From contig OZ024742.1 in NCBI GenBank assembly GCA_964016885.1, forward strand, positions 213,590,001 through 213,654,000: a stretch of DNA of 64,000 nucleotides, given 5' to 3'. Below the pieces are notes generated by a model, which was given only the letters and a program-made list of their open reading frames with translations, was not told the DNA's origin and did not search any database. Below are positions 31,308-46,237 of this stretch, in pieces. This DNA comes from Eledone cirrhosa (Eukaryota). The translations under genes and the position numbers were made by a program. How positions within the stretch are numbered: position 1 is the stretch's first letter; each line of letters starts with the position of its first letter.

Positions 31308-31916
31308 GAAGCAAGTAAAGAAATGCAAGTATCTCGGGACCATGTTCACGAGTGGTGGGAGGCAAGAGGCTGAACGAAGTGCAAGAACTGCAAAAGCTGG
31401 TCAATAATGCGCCAGCTTCAACATTCAATAATCAGAAGGGAGGTAGGCGTAAAAGTCAAACGCGCTATCTTCAATTTGGTTTTCCAGCCAATCCTTACCT
31501 GGTCTTACCATGAATCTTAGCTGGCCTCGCCTGGGGATACAGCCAGATCAATTGGAGATGTTTGCTTCTGACAGGACCCGCTGGAAGGAATGTTTGAGCT
31601 CTCTGTCCCAGCGACCCTCTCAGGAATAAGTGGGCGAAAAAGAAGAAGAAGAAGAAGAAGAAGAAGAAGAAGAAGGAAGAGGGTGAAGAGGAGGAGGAGG
31701 AGGAGGAGGAGGAGAAGAAGAAGAAGAAGAAGAAGAAGAAGAAGAAGAAGGAGGAGGAGGAGGAGGAGGGGGAGGAGGAGAAGAAAAAGAAGAAGAAGAA
31801 GAAGAAGAAGGAGGAGGAGGAGGAGGAGGAGAAGAAAAAGAAGAAGAAGAAGAAGAAGAAGAAGAAGAAGAAGAAGAAGAAGAAGAAGAAGAAGAAGAAG
31901 AAGAAGAAGAAGAAGA
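31308..31916 (+). mobile_element. Decayed RTE 3' fragment followed by (GAA)n/(GGA)n tract
   Basis: KQVKKCKYLGTMFTSGGRQEAE-like RT C-terminal motif; purine trinucleotide tract 31640-31916. Confidence 0.55.
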
Positions 31917-33175
31917 TTTGTAAACTTTGGAGCTAATATTGTCTCATATTTCTTTCTGTAATAAATGTGTTGGTTGGCAAAATCGTTAGAGAGTGCCAGA
32001 CAAAAACCTCTTGTAATGTTCAGTCTTTACGTTCTGAGTTCCAAATCCAGATGGACTCAGATATACTTTTTTATCCATCTGAGGTTGATAGTATTAGGAA
32101 ACCTCTAGCCAAGTACCGGAGTCAGTCAAATAGGCAATACCCACCAATCCACAACAGAGTCTGTGTGCCTATATACATATCGATATTGATTTCTAACTTA
32201 GGCATAAAGGCAGAAAAAGGAAGGGCAAAGTTGATTAAATCAATCCCATCACTTGAATCGCACTTTATTTTATCGACGCCGAGAGGATTAAAAGCAAAGT
32301 TGACCTTTGTGGGATTTAAACTCAGAATGTAAAGAGCTAGAAGAAATAGCAGAATTACATTTTATCGGACGCTCTACCAATCCTGCTGATCCACCGCCTT
32401 CGCCTGTAAGTAGTGATATTAGAAATCAATATTGCTTTTGGTTATGTTAACAACATATAGGAAGGTGTGCATTGAGAAGGCAGCTCAAATTCGTTGAATC
32501 ATATTTTCCAACAAGTCCATCACTTTTTTCTACGATCTGATTTCGAATACAGCCGATATCGACTTTCAATTTCAACAATCTGGGCATCGATAAAGCAATT
32601 ACCAGTCAAGTACTAATTGTCTTCTTTCTACACACACGTATAATGGTTTCTGATTCAGGTGCAAGGCCAACAATTTTTGGGGAGGGGAAAGTTGAGTAAA
32701 TAGACCCCAACCTCGGCAGGATTTGAACTCAGGGCGTAAAGGTTGGTAACTGTATGCCACAAAGCATGTTGTCCGACGCTCTAGCCAAACTGCCAATCCA
32801 CACACACACATATAACGCAAATATAACTGGATCTCCGCCGGTTTCGACGGTGACTGTTCCAGTTCTTCGATCAACGTAACGGCCTACTCATCGAATTGGC
32901 AGGTAATTGGCTGAGTATCCCACAGACATATGTGCCCTTAGCATAACTCTCGTGGAGATTCAGCGTGACATAGTGTATGACAAAAATGGACCTTTGGATT
33001 ACAGTTACATCTACCCTTCAAATTTCCACGTAGTTGCTCTCTGCCAATGTCATTGGTAAGGTATATGTAGACAACAGGCTATAAACAAAGACACATCCCC
33101 AAGATACGACGCAAGGAGAGTGAAACTAAGACATCATGATTAACAATCGAATTTCTTAACAATTAGGCTATACAC

Positions 33176-33387
33176 CAGGCATGTCAAACATGCGGCACAC
33201 GTTTGCGGCCATTTACAAGCAAACATGCGGCCCGCACAAAGGTTTTTACAGCGTGAGCATGTTTTATCTTCGTAAAATAAAAGTAAAAAAATGTTGTAAT
33301 GTGCGCAATTAGTTGTCGTGTGTGGCCCTCAGACAACACATATGTGAGCCATGTGGCCCTCGGGTGATTCTCAGTTTGACATGCCTG
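33176..33387. mobile_element. hAT-type MITE
   Basis: 14-bp perfect TIR CAGGCATGTCAAAC / GTTTGACATGCCTG; perfect 8-bp TSD CTATACAC. Confidence 0.92.
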
Positions 33388-33561
33388 CTATACACAATAG
33401 GAAAACATTCATAGGGTTGTGCCTCTGTTAGAAATCATATTTAGACTTTTTTCAGAATTAAAACAAGGAACATTGATACAATATAATTTCCTCTTGTCAC
33501 CATTTTGTATTTTTCAGTTAATTTCTGCTCTCATTTTTGAGATCCTCCTCTTTGACTGTGC

Positions 33562-33830
33562 GTGTGCGTGGTAAGGTAGTTGGACTTACCATTATAATGT
33601 CGTGGGCTCGATTCCTGGGTTTGGCTGCGTGCTATGTTCTTGAGCAAAACACTTCGTTTCACGTTTGTCCAGTATACTCAGCTGAAAATGAGTACCAGCA
33701 ACAACTGGAGGTTTAACATTGCGATGGACTGGCGTCCAATACAGGGGGGCGGTGTCTTGTACTCTCAGTCGCTTGACGCCATGAAACCGGGATAAGCACC
33801 AACCTTACGAGCCTTAAATGGTTTAAGACA
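33562..33830 (+). mobile_element. tRNA-derived SINE (same family as 27374-27641)
   Basis: Colinear homology throughout. Confidence 0.8.
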
Positions 33831-34126
33831 GACTTTAGACTAGACTCCTCTTTGACTGTTGTTTTGTTCTCTATACGATTTTGCGAAATGCCTGGGAATT
33901 GTGCCTTGTACATCAGTGATGTTTGGAAAACTGTCATGATCTGCTTATTTCGTATTGCAGCAAATAAAACGTGACCAGATATTCCACATGGATGACTGTC
34001 ATTATTTTGACAATAGGACTGGATTGGCAGTATCGGTAGAGAGTCGGACGCCATGCTTTCCAGCATAGTTACGTCCCTTTACGGTCTGATTTCAAATCCC
34101 GCCGAGGTTAACAAAGCAAGGGAGAC

Positions 34127-34172
34127 AACCGTCTATGCATTTCTGGCTTAACTGGCCATCGTCAGGACGGTC
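34127..34172 (-). ncRNA. Compact type I hammerhead ribozyme in an inverted-arm element (~34113-34305) that interrupts a SINE
   Basis: GACCGTC-CTGACGA-TGGC cagttaa GCCA-GAAA-TGCA-TA^-GACGGTT. Confidence 0.85.
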
Positions 34173-34375
34173 CCTCCCCTGAAATGCATAGACGGTTGTC
34201 CCCCTTGCTTCTGCTGGACATCACCAGAGCATCACCAGAGGGCGTTAGCTCCCCGGTGTTTGCATAGCTACGGCTTCCTAAAACCGTATTTCTTTGGAGA
34301 TACGAAATATTTATACAAATTGTATAAAGCTATGCTTGAAGCGAAATCCTATTTTTTTTATATATATATATATAT

Positions 34376-34634
34376 GTAGGAGGTGAGTTTTATTGTAGCA
34401 CAATAAAGCAATGCAAATATCGGATAAGTAGCACTCTACAGTTTGTAGGACTGGAGTATAAATAATATAAGATCAAAAGATGGTTAAAACTTCACTATTC
34501 ACAAGTGTGTTTAAGCTTCATATCATGTATCCCTATGTTATCTGATGAAAACGCAGATATCATCCCACGATGATATTTGTTTTTGAAATGTGCATAATAA
34601 AATACTTGGAACTCTTTTAACTATCTTTTGATCT

Positions 34635-34642
<8 letters not shown>
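34376..34642. mobile_element. PLE family A pseudo-LTR split into two head-to-head pieces
   Basis: 34376-34489 = reverse complement of ~4788-4900; 34490-34642 = ~4660-4813. Confidence 0.88.
34534..34604 (+). ncRNA. Type I hammerhead ribozyme (family A)
   Basis: TATGTTAT-CTGATGA..GAAA-TGTGCA-TA^-ATAAAATA. Confidence 0.78.
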
Positions 34643-34685
<43 letters not shown>

Positions 34686-34689
34686 ACTT

Positions 34690-35765
34690 TGATAACTTTC
34701 ATAGGCTTCGGCCAGTGTTGGCCCAGGTCATGTCTAAGTTAATAGCACCACCTGGCGAAGTCTTTCAAATCAGGATTTGGACACCATGGCCCACCAGTAG
34801 GGAGTTATTGTTTATGGATCATATCCGGGTGTAGGAAGTTTATACGGAATTTCTTGAAGGATTTTGTTCAAAGACATCTTGAACTTTATGGGGTTTGTTT
34901 CTGTTTTGATGTGTTTTGGTGTAATGTTAAAGAGATCAGGGCCAATTGAGGTGAAATAATTGTGCCGTATTGTTGTTATAAGGTGCGAATTTGACAGCAG
35001 GGGGGGGGGGGGGCAAGAATAGGGCGTACTTTAAAGGTGATGCCAACATCATTTGGGCAATGCTGATGGAATAATTTCCACATCACGCAGTTAATGTAGC
35101 GCTCACGGTGGCGTTGGGGAGAATAAAGTTTGAGTTTTTCTAGTCGACCCCAATAGTCAAGGCCTCACATGCCAACTATCTTTTTCGTGATTGACATTTG
35201 AGGAGCTTCAATTTTCATGATACTTTCTTTCGTGTGGGGAGACCACAGGCGACAACAGTATTCAAGGTGGGGTCGGGCAAAAGTGGAGAAGGATAATAGT
35301 GTAGATATCTCTCGACTGGAAGGTTCTGAGAATCCAGGAACACATTCTACGGGCCATGTCAACTTTGCTGTTTATATGAGTGGCCCAGCTTATGTTGTTG
35401 TCCACAATTACTCCCAAGTTTCTGATGTTGTTGGATGATGCCACGAGAGTTTCACCTGTAGGAAGGGAGTATGGGAGTTTCAGGGCATCCTCTTTTCCAA
35501 AGTGGATTAACTCAAATTTATCCTCATTCAACAGCATATTGTTCTTTTCTGCCCATTGTATAACAACGAGTAGATCGGATTGGAGGCATATCCGGTCACC
35601 CACGCCATTGATGTCTTTTTGGAGCTTGGAATCATCTGCGAAGATTCTTATGCTTCTGTGCTTGATGATGTTGGTAATGTCATTAATATAGATAATGAAA
35701 AGAAGAGGGCCAAACACAGTGCCTTGTGGGACACCACTACTGACTTTGGCTATCTTATTAATTTG
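34690..35765 (-). mobile_element. CR1/Jockey-group LINE 3' fragment (RT)
   Basis: SSGVPQGTVFGPLLFIIYINDI..IFADDSKL..LNEDKF..LGVIVD..RPHLEYC..WSP. Confidence 0.88.
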
Positions 35766-35987
35766 TGTTTGAGACAAGTTGGCTGAGTGCTTTTGACGGG
35801 AGCGGAAATTATTGTTTTCTAATCTCCTTCCACCAAATAAATTTGTAAATCGGTGGCCGATCGGGATACAGAATTGTATCAGATTCCAGTTGCTAATCAC
35901 TTTACTGTGTCGGCCGTCACAAACAGTCATAGCCGGCATGGACTGGAGTTGAATTATGTCGATCGATTGGTTGTTGATTAGGCGATA

Positions 35988-36098
35988 CCCGCTGATAAAG
36001 CTACATGCGCCGATTATGCATTGTTGCATAATATATGCAGACAGAGGGTGCAGTGCACCCTACTGCTGCATTAAGTGTGGCCGAAACTCGAGTGCGGG
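35988..36098 (+). ncRNA. Degenerate hammerhead ribozyme
   Basis: CCCG-CTGATAA-AGCTACAT...GTGTGGCC-GAAA-CTCGAG-TG-CGGG; core and cleavage triplet mutated. Confidence 0.55.
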
Positions 36099-36259
36099 AA
36101 CTACTATAGGCACCCGTTTACGTGTGTTGTATTGAAGCTAATAACTATGTGTATATTCTGGGAATGTATTCTACATTACCTATTGAGTACGCTGAGATAC
36201 AACCGGTCCTGGCATTGATAAATATGCTGGGCCTGTCAACTCTTTATCATTATATATAG

Positions 36260-36355
<96 letters not shown>

Positions 36356-36375
36356 GAAGCACTATAGATATGAAG

Positions 36376-36429
<54 letters not shown>

Positions 36430-36495
36430 GTGCTTCATATATGTTATGAACATAATTCTGTTGATTGCTTATCAACAAAGTCTATAACTCATTGT

Positions 36496-37256
36496 ATATA
36501 TATATATAAAACAGAGGATGTCTGTGTGTATAAAACCCTAAAACTCGAGAAGTACCCGACCGATTTTTTTCACTTTTTCTGCCCTAGGCATTTGTGCATG
36601 TTTAGGCGTTTTTGAGGCGTAACTTAAAGATAATCCAGTCGATTTCATCAAAGTTTGCAGCACACATTAGTTAGTCCCCTCGCATTGCTGTGGACAAAAC
36701 AATTTTCCGATTCCATTAATGGTTTCTAGGAAATTTACGAATTAGCATTGGGCATTACATGCCATTTTATTTTCAATATAAACGCTACTTAAACATCATA
36801 AGTAGCGTATAATATTTCGTTAAAAATTTGGTTTATTTAACATTTGTGCTAATTGCACTATGACCCCCTTCTGCTGCGACTGCGTTGCCACGTTGATTTC
36901 GTCATCTCAATATCCCTACTTAAACGTATATCCTTAGTTGGTTTTCACACAATTGACTACGTCGCTCCTTCAGACTGACGTGTGTTCCCCATCTGTGACG
37001 TAATTCGCGAACAGAATTACGACATACATCGTCACACAACACTTACTCCTTTCGCAAACAGGATTTCCGCAATCAGCCCACTGACACTGTTACTACTGGA
37101 TTCGGCCTTCTGGTGTTCTACGTTTCCAGTAAATGAACAATCATTCCCCGAGAATAAGGGAATTCAAAAAGTACACAACTACATTCCTCAATATTTGCAT
37201 ATGCGTGTTGCTATTTCACGTTTCCTACCCCGTGCAACGCCGGGTCCTGTTGCTAG
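36496..37256 (+). mobile_element. Non-autonomous Helitron
   Basis: 5' TATATATAAAA..GTCTGTGTG like the 17812 element; 3' CCCG-TGCAACGC-CGGG hairpin then CTAG|T. Confidence 0.72.
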
Positions 37257-37263
37257 TATGCTA

Positions 37264-37340
<77 letters not shown>

Positions 37341-37562
37341 CTTACATATATAGGGCTAGATCGATATAGATAGAACCTTGAGCTGATCAATAGCGAAACG
37401 TGCGTCACTACTCAATAAACATAATGAAGACATAACAAGTCGTCGTTTTAATTATTACTATAATTACACTCTGCTTAGTTCTACAGCACTTTATAGACTG
37501 GAAACTACGCATAGATTTGTCACTCTGGTGAACCTAGAGTAACTGGACGTTACATTTCCTAG

Positions 37563-38215
<653 letters not shown>

Positions 38216-38588
38216 AGTGGAAGCTTAGTAAAATCGAAGCTTTGGCTGCGGCCAATCAAAATCAACCTACAATTTGAAATGAGTAGCAAAGCACTCAATA
38301 CGGGTAGGAGGTCCTTAGAGTAACAACATACGTTTAAATAGCTTGACAAATTGAAAATTGCGGTTGGCGAAACCCAACCATACAATACCAAAACAACGAA
38401 AGAACTAATTAGGTTAAAACAACAGACCTGGACAGATCCAACTATATTCTGCAATACGTCCGATATGTTTCTATGAATCTGAAATCATCAATCCAACTTA
38501 CGTAATACGTAAGCTTGTGGTATTCTATGATCGAATATAGGTATGTGTGTATGTATATATATTATATATATATATACATATGTATGTA

Positions 38589-38652
<64 letters not shown>

Positions 38653-38711
38653 GTATATATATTATATATATATATACATATGTATGTATATATATTATAT
38701 ATATATATGTA

Positions 38712-39213
38712 TCTTGGTCTTAGTTCCCCCAGTCCCTTGTGGAACATTGGGCGCCGAGCTTCCTCCACTTGATCCTGTCAGGTTATTCCCATCTCCCTCA
38801 GGTCCTCCCTAAATGTGCTCCGCCATGTTTTTCGTGGTCTTCCCCGTTCTCTCCTGCCACCTTCTGGTACCCAATCCATGGCAATATGCGCAGGTCGATC
38901 TGCCGGCAAACGAAGGATGTGGCCCGCGAACCGCCGTCTCCTTTTCCGGACAATGTCCCTTAACCTCTCCAATCTTGACCTCCTCATCACTTCCTCGTTG
39001 CTAACTTGGTCTCTCCATGAAATTTTCAATATGGTCCGAATGCAACGACGGTGGAATACATCAAGCTTGTTACATACACTTTCCGTACTCTTCCATGTCT
39101 CACAGGCATATATCGCTGTTGGTACTACAATGGACATGTAAACACGGAATTTGACGGCGTTGCCGATGGAACACCTGGACCATACCGGACGGAGTCGCTG
39201 GAAGACCGCCGCT
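38712..39213 (-). mobile_element. RTE-clade LINE 3' fragment in TA tract
   Basis: VVPTAIYACETW..LDVFHRRCIRTILKISW..RRRFAGHILR..GRPRKTW. Confidence 0.88.
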
Positions 39214-39418
39214 CTATATATATATCGTATGGTTATATATATGTCGTATATATATGTATGTATATATATATATTCTATATATATGTATGTATATATATTA
39301 TATATATATATGCATATATATAATATACTACTCATTCCTAATTGTAGGTCGATTTTGCTTGGCCATTGCCAAAGCTTCGATTTTACTAAGCTTCCACTTG
39401 TATATATATATATATATA

Positions 39419-39632
39419 TATAATATAATATAAAACGAAAAATCAGTGATGCATTTGAATTCAATTTATTGTGTGTTACAATTGTTTCGCCGGCGGAACA
39501 ATTGTAACACACAATAAATTGAGTTCAGATGCATCACTGATTTTTCGTTTTATATTATATCATTTTCTGCTCTGTAAGAGCATAGAGTGCATTACCGGCA
39601 TACTGCCTATGGAAGCATCTTAGATACCATCC

Positions 39633-39633
<1 letters not shown>
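39419..39633. mobile_element. Palindromic half-HHR element ending in (CA)n; second copy 60211-60383
   Basis: Arms meet at TTCGCC|GGCGGAA; arm reads GAAA-CAATTG-TA^-ACAC. Confidence 0.75.
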
Positions 39634-39730
<97 letters not shown>

Positions 39731-39734
39731 AGAT

Positions 39735-41041
39735 ATGTTCATAGTAGTAGAGTAAGATAGTTTTCTAGTATGTCTGTTAAAGATTGAGTGGTATCTGTGG
39801 GCTTTAGGAAAACATTTATCTAGTGCTTTAAAGAATAGCTTTGCTAAAGGTGTTTTAACGCTTAATGAGAATGGGGGTGAGTACCAAAATATATTTCTAG
39901 TTCTATTTTTTCTGTTAGTTTTAGAGTTTAAGTTAGATTTTTTTTATTGTAATTATAATTAATAGTAGGGTTATTTGCCTTATCACTGTTGTCGATGTAT
40001 TTGATCTTATTTATACAGCCTGCTCTATTTAAAGCTTCATTATAATATTCTGCCTTATCGTCAAAATTGTTTTTATTAGCGGAGATGCGTGAAATACGTT
40101 GTTGGATAGAATTAACAATAGTGTTCTTGATAGTTCTAGGATGATTTGAGTTAAAACTTACATAGTTTAGATTCTCATTAATTTTATGGAATGGATAGTA
40201 GAGCCCTGTGTTAAGGTTTAATGTTACATCTAAAACGTTAACAATTTTATAGGTATTCTCTATTTCTAACTTAAGATTGTAGCTATTGAAAAATTGTATT
40301 ATTGATTTTCTTTTTCTATTAATTTCACAATTACTATGATTTTCAATTAAAAGCAGCATGTCATCACGATATAAAGTAATTTGAGTAGTAATTTGCAATA
40401 TCCAATTGAATGAATTTTTTGTTATGTTTAAATGTTATGTTATTGAACCAATCTATAACTTCATTAGTACCGTTCCATAGTTTTAGGTAAGATATTTCTT
40501 TAAGTTGCGGTATGATTCTATCTAATATATGTTTACTAACTATGCCTAAGTCTGATCTAGATGGTGCTATAAGTCTGACTGGTAATTTTATTTCAAAGTT
40601 TCTTTTGTGGTCTTTCAGGTTAATTTTTGGTTTTCTGTGGTCTATAAATACACAGTCAAAACCAGTGATAATATATATTTAACTATGTAGGTTCAACTTC
40701 TACAGAATTTAAAAGTCGCTGGAATAATCACAAATGCTCTTTCAGAAAACTTGATAAAAAATCGACTATTAAGTTTAAAAAAATCCAAAAATATGGACTA
40801 TTTTTTAACTTGGGAAATAATTTCATAAGCACCTGCCTACTGAATCACAGCTTTATCTAGATTTTGCAAATTGTGTGTTGAGGAAATGTTCTTCATACTT
40901 AAATGTAAAAACTCTATTAATGTATGGACGAATTTATTTAGTTCTTGTAAACATCGCCTAAACTCAACGTTTAGAACTATATACAAATTATAAGTACACT
41001 TATAATATTTCTACTTATTTCCATAACAATCTTATCCACTC

Positions 41042-41045
<4 letters not shown>
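39735..41045. mobile_element. Decayed PLE with RT on minus (39735-40645) and GIY-YIG on plus (40646-41045)
   Basis: Minus: LKDHK..PVRLIAPSRSDLG; LYRDD; LDVTLNL..SNHP. Plus: YVGSTSTEFKSRWNNHKCSF; CKLCVEE; SSCKH. Confidence 0.82.
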
Positions 41046-41090
<45 letters not shown>

Positions 41091-41296
41091 CATTCTTCCA
41101 TTTTGCATGTATGAAAGTGTGTTGTGTGGAATAAATCAATGGTAGAGATCAGTGTACAACCAGTATGTAAGTTGTCGCTCCTGTAGGGAAGAAGTGTAAA
41201 CTTCACGTCTATGTGAACTGATCTCGATTGTGCGTCATTGAACTTCTTACAGCGAAGCTCCAATGCAACTCACTACTTTTTACGTCAGTGTATTGC

Positions 41297-41339
<43 letters not shown>

Positions 41340-41839
41340 TGTTGATGTTGTTGTTGCTGCTGTTGTTGCATGTTGTTGTTGTTGTTGCTATTGTTGTTGT
41401 TGCTCTTGTTGTTGCATGCTGCTGTTGTTATTGTTATTATTACTGCTGCTGGTGCTGTTGTTGTTGCTGTTGTTGTTGTTGTTGCCGCTGATGTTGTTGC
41501 TGTTGCTGATGTTGTTGCTGCTGTTGTTGTTGTTGTTACTACTGTTGTTATTGTTGCTGCTGCTGATGTTGCTATTGTTGTTGTTGCTATTGTTGCTGTT
41601 GTTGTTGTTGTTGTTGTTTATGTCCCTAGGTTGTGGTATAGGTTGAATAAGACAAGTGGAGTGTGTGAGGTAACTTAGTGTAGAGTAGGGTGTCCATAGC
41701 GAAAGGATGGTACTGTACGATTTTGCGTGTATGATTAGAAAAGGAAAGTGGTGTGGAGAGCGTGTGTATGTATTCCGTGCATGAGTGCACACGTGGGAAG
41801 AGGGCCATGAAATATAATTTGTGTACTTTTGTTCTGTCA

Positions 41840-42510
41840 GATGCTAAGACCCACAAAGTAGTTGTGTTTAAGCGGAAGATCAGTTGTTCTCGTCGAAGTC
41901 GAGAAATTGTGTTATGTAATTCCCAAAACAGCGATAGGCAGGTGAAAGTGGGCTGGAGAAACGAAGTGGTGGGTCACCAGTCTGAGTGACCTAATGTTGT
42001 TCTATTTGACGTCCAGCAAATGTTCCCTAAAATGGTCAGCCAGTCGATGACCAGTCTGTTCCAGGTACACCAAGCCACAGAGTTGCCATTTAATATAACA
42101 TGAATTTTATGGCGACGCAGGTGAGTTGATCCGTGACATGGAAAGATGACACAAGTACATGTAAGGTGAGGGAAATGTAGCCGAAGGGCCAGGTGTTGTG
42201 ACGGGAGCGACAACAGATAAGGGATCCAAATTGGGTGTGAGAAGTGAAGAAATTGTGGACCAGAATGTCACTTAGATTACAACCGTGTCTGAAGAACGGG
42301 AAAAGATGTTCGGGGAAGATATGGGAAATAGCAGAGTTAGATTAGAGGAGATGGAAATGTTAAGGATGGAACTGTGGTGAAGTCGGGCTGTGGAATGGAA
42401 AGAGAGAGGAGAGGTAGGAAGAAGTAGAGCAATGAAACCATTGACGGCTGGCTGGCAGTAACCTCGTTGTCGGATGAAGCCGACCATATGGCGTTATTGA
42501 ACATCAAAGT
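41840..42510 (-). mobile_element. Very decayed Neptune-like PLE fragment
   Basis: DFDVQ..FIRQRGY and RLRREQLIFRL motifs resemble the thumb and GIY-YIG end of the 1926-3480 element. Confidence 0.45.
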
Positions 42511-42559
42511 CAGTCTAAGCTACAGGATCGACAGAGTCAGATAAATTCTTTTATAATAT

Positions 42560-43025
42560 GGTTCGTTGTGATTTGAGGGAGATTTGTCTAATATATCTAG
42601 CAGGTAAAGCAGTCTCGTTCATGACTATTGCTGCTTAGTTATATGTTAATCCTCATCGAACAAGTAAATGATCAAAACTATTCCCATTGAGACCATCTTT
42701 TTATATATCTTGGCATACAGGCATATAGGCATACACCCTTCACGTTCTGTAGGGTAAAATTTGAGAAAAATTTAGTTGCTATTTCTAGCAGGTCGAGTTA
42801 CTGCATAGAGGCGACCTTGGTGGTAGCTGTTTTTATTTAACCCTAGGTCAACCATACGCATGCAGATTTATGAGAAAAAACATTCCATTCACGGCAGTAC
42901 CGTTCTTATTAAGGGTGTACAGGACTGCTTTATTCTGCACTAAATATAATACGCTGGGGTGTAAGTTGAGGAGAATTTAGCTGTTATTTCTAGCAAGCCG
43001 AGAGACCTCATAGAGTTTCTGTCGT
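42560..43025 (+). repeat. Three diverged ~190-bp tandem units
   Basis: Recurring TTGAG..ATTT..TATTTCTAGCAGG motif at ~42573, 42761, 42966; inverted relatives near 13815 and 16315. Confidence 0.55.
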
Positions 43026-43407
43026 TGTTATTGCTGGAAGTTACTCTCCCACCTTCTTTCTATCCCTCCCTATGTCTCTATCAATCCCACCACCTAGGCT
43101 ATGTCAAGTGTTTGCCTACTACCATCACACATTATCTTTCGTAGTCCTATATCCGTTTTCAGCTTCCACGCTTCGTAAAATACGTTTCTTCCTTCCATCC
43201 ATCCACTCTTTACTTTTATTTTTCTCATTTTTTTTTCTTTTAACTTTCTTTTATTTTCTTTCCTTATATCATCGCTTTCTATTTCTGTTCTTTCTTCGTC
43301 ACTTTCGTCCGTCTTATTTTATTTCTCGACACCCCACTATCACTACTATCATCTAATTCTCTTCTCATTCATCCGTTAACATGTTTTGTGATCCTCTGAT
43401 ATTTTGT

Positions 43408-43503
<96 letters not shown>

Positions 43504-43671
43504 CTATCTCCTTATTCTTTCTTATATACACTCTTCTTTTTCTTTTCGTTGTTCCTTCTTTAATTCAGTTTTTCATTTCTTCTTGGAAAGAAATGAGAGG
43601 TTGCATTTTTATACATTTTTCTTTTTATTCCGTCGCCAGTTTGTCTTTTCATCTATTATGTATTATCTACA

Positions 43672-43862
<191 letters not shown>

Positions 43863-43915
43863 TATATATATATATATATAAATATATATATATATTATAT
43901 ATATATATATATATC

Positions 43916-44051
<136 letters not shown>

Positions 44052-44075
44052 CCTGCTTATCTATCTGTATGCCTA

Positions 44076-44123
<48 letters not shown>

Positions 44124-44559
44124 CCTTTCAGTCTATTTACTCTATTTCATATGTGTTTACCAGAACTCTTATTCTTCTACCACTTTTCTGTTTTTACTCT
44201 CAGTACGTTCCTTTCTGCACACCTATTTTCTTTATCTAATTCCTTTTCACCTTCCTACCTTCCCTTTAGTGTTTTCTCTATATTTTCTTTTTATCTTTCT
44301 CTCCATCTTTCTTTCAAACTTCCCTCCCGTCATCATCCATACTTTTCATCAATACGCCGTTTAGTACCATCATTAATATTTTTTTCATACTTGGTAGGGT
44401 TTGGCAGTTAATTTTTTTGTTCTTTGCTTTTTATACTTTCTTAATCTTCTATGAAAACGGTCATTCTGTGCATTATTCAACCAAACATACCCTCACACAC
44501 ATACAAATATATATATACATACACACATACTTGTATAGACGACATAACGTGTATAAAAG

Positions 44560-45285
44560 CACACGTACACACAATAATGCAGGCATACATACACGCGTAC
44601 ACACAATGATGCCAGCATACACACACACACGTACACACAATAATGCAGGCATACATACACGCGTAACACACAATGATGCAAAGCATACACACATACACAC
44701 GTACACACAATAATGCAGGCATACATACACGCGTACACACAATGATGCAAGCATACACACACATACACACAATAATGCAGGCGTACATACACGCGTAACA
44801 CACAATGATGCAAGCATACACACACATACACACAATAATGCAGGCGTACATACACGCGTACACACAATGATGCAAGCATACACACACACACGTACACACA
44901 ATAATGCAGGCGTACATACACGCGTACACACAATGATGCAAGCATACACACACACACGTACACACAATAATGCAGGCGTACATACACGCGTACACACAAT
45001 GATGCAAGCATACACACACACACGTACACACAATAATGCAGGCGTACATACACGCGTACACACAATGATGCAAGCATACACACACACACGTACACACAAT
45101 AATGCAGGCGTACATACACGCGTAACACACAATGATGCAAGCATACACACACACACGTACACACAATAATGCAGGCGTACATACACGCGTACACACAATG
45201 ATGCAAGCATACACATACACGTACACACAATAATGCAGGCATACATACACGCGTAACACACAATGATGCAAGCATACACACACAC
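44560..45285. repeat. Minisatellite, ~60-66-bp CA-rich unit made of two related halves, ~11 copies
   Basis: ACACAATAATGCAGGC..ACACAATGATGCAAGC repeated. Confidence 0.93.
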
Positions 45286-45518
45286 CCATACACACGCAGA
45301 TTGGCACAGTAAACACACGCTTATACACAAACAAGCTCATACACATGCACGTAGAATTAAATCATAAGCACACAGATACGTACACACGCACGCACGCATA
45401 AAGTTGCAAACAGACTTACATAACCTCATTTACAAACATATGCGCATAAACAATGTATACATACATACGAATTGAGATGCACGCAGACACTCACACATAC
45501 AAACTTATACTGGCACAC

Positions 45519-45644
<126 letters not shown>

Positions 45645-46031
45645 ATAGACAGACAGACTCACACATTTTCACACCTGTCCTCCTACTTCACTCACCATTA
45701 TCATTTCATTTCTACGTATATGGCTGAGCGTATGTGAATATTTTGAACATGTGTTGCATGAGAAAGTGTTTTTGTGTGTGCAGGGGTTTTATTTTTGTTA
45801 TTGAAGTCTAGCTCAATCTATGCATTGTGTGTTTTATATGTGTGAGTGTGTTTTCGGTTCTCTGAACGTGAACGTATGCATATTGTATGCTTGTACGTGT
45901 GAGTGTATATGTTCAAACGTCACATTATTAGAACTGTGTTTATATGTTTTTGTATGTAAGCTGTATGCGTATGCATTTGTTTTCGTGTATGTAAATGTCA
46001 GCTGTGGAGTGTCTAATATATATGCAGCAAC

Positions 46032-46089
<58 letters not shown>

Positions 46090-46166
46090 ATAGTCAAGTA
46101 GTAGTTATATGATTAGATAGTTGTGCGTGTTTGGGTATCTAACGTCGGTAAATGTGTTGCATGAGT

Positions 46167-46237
<71 letters not shown>

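Noticed and set aside
44560-45285. CRISPR-like regular repeat
   Set aside because: No unique spacers, no cas genes, eukaryotic context; it is a minisatellite
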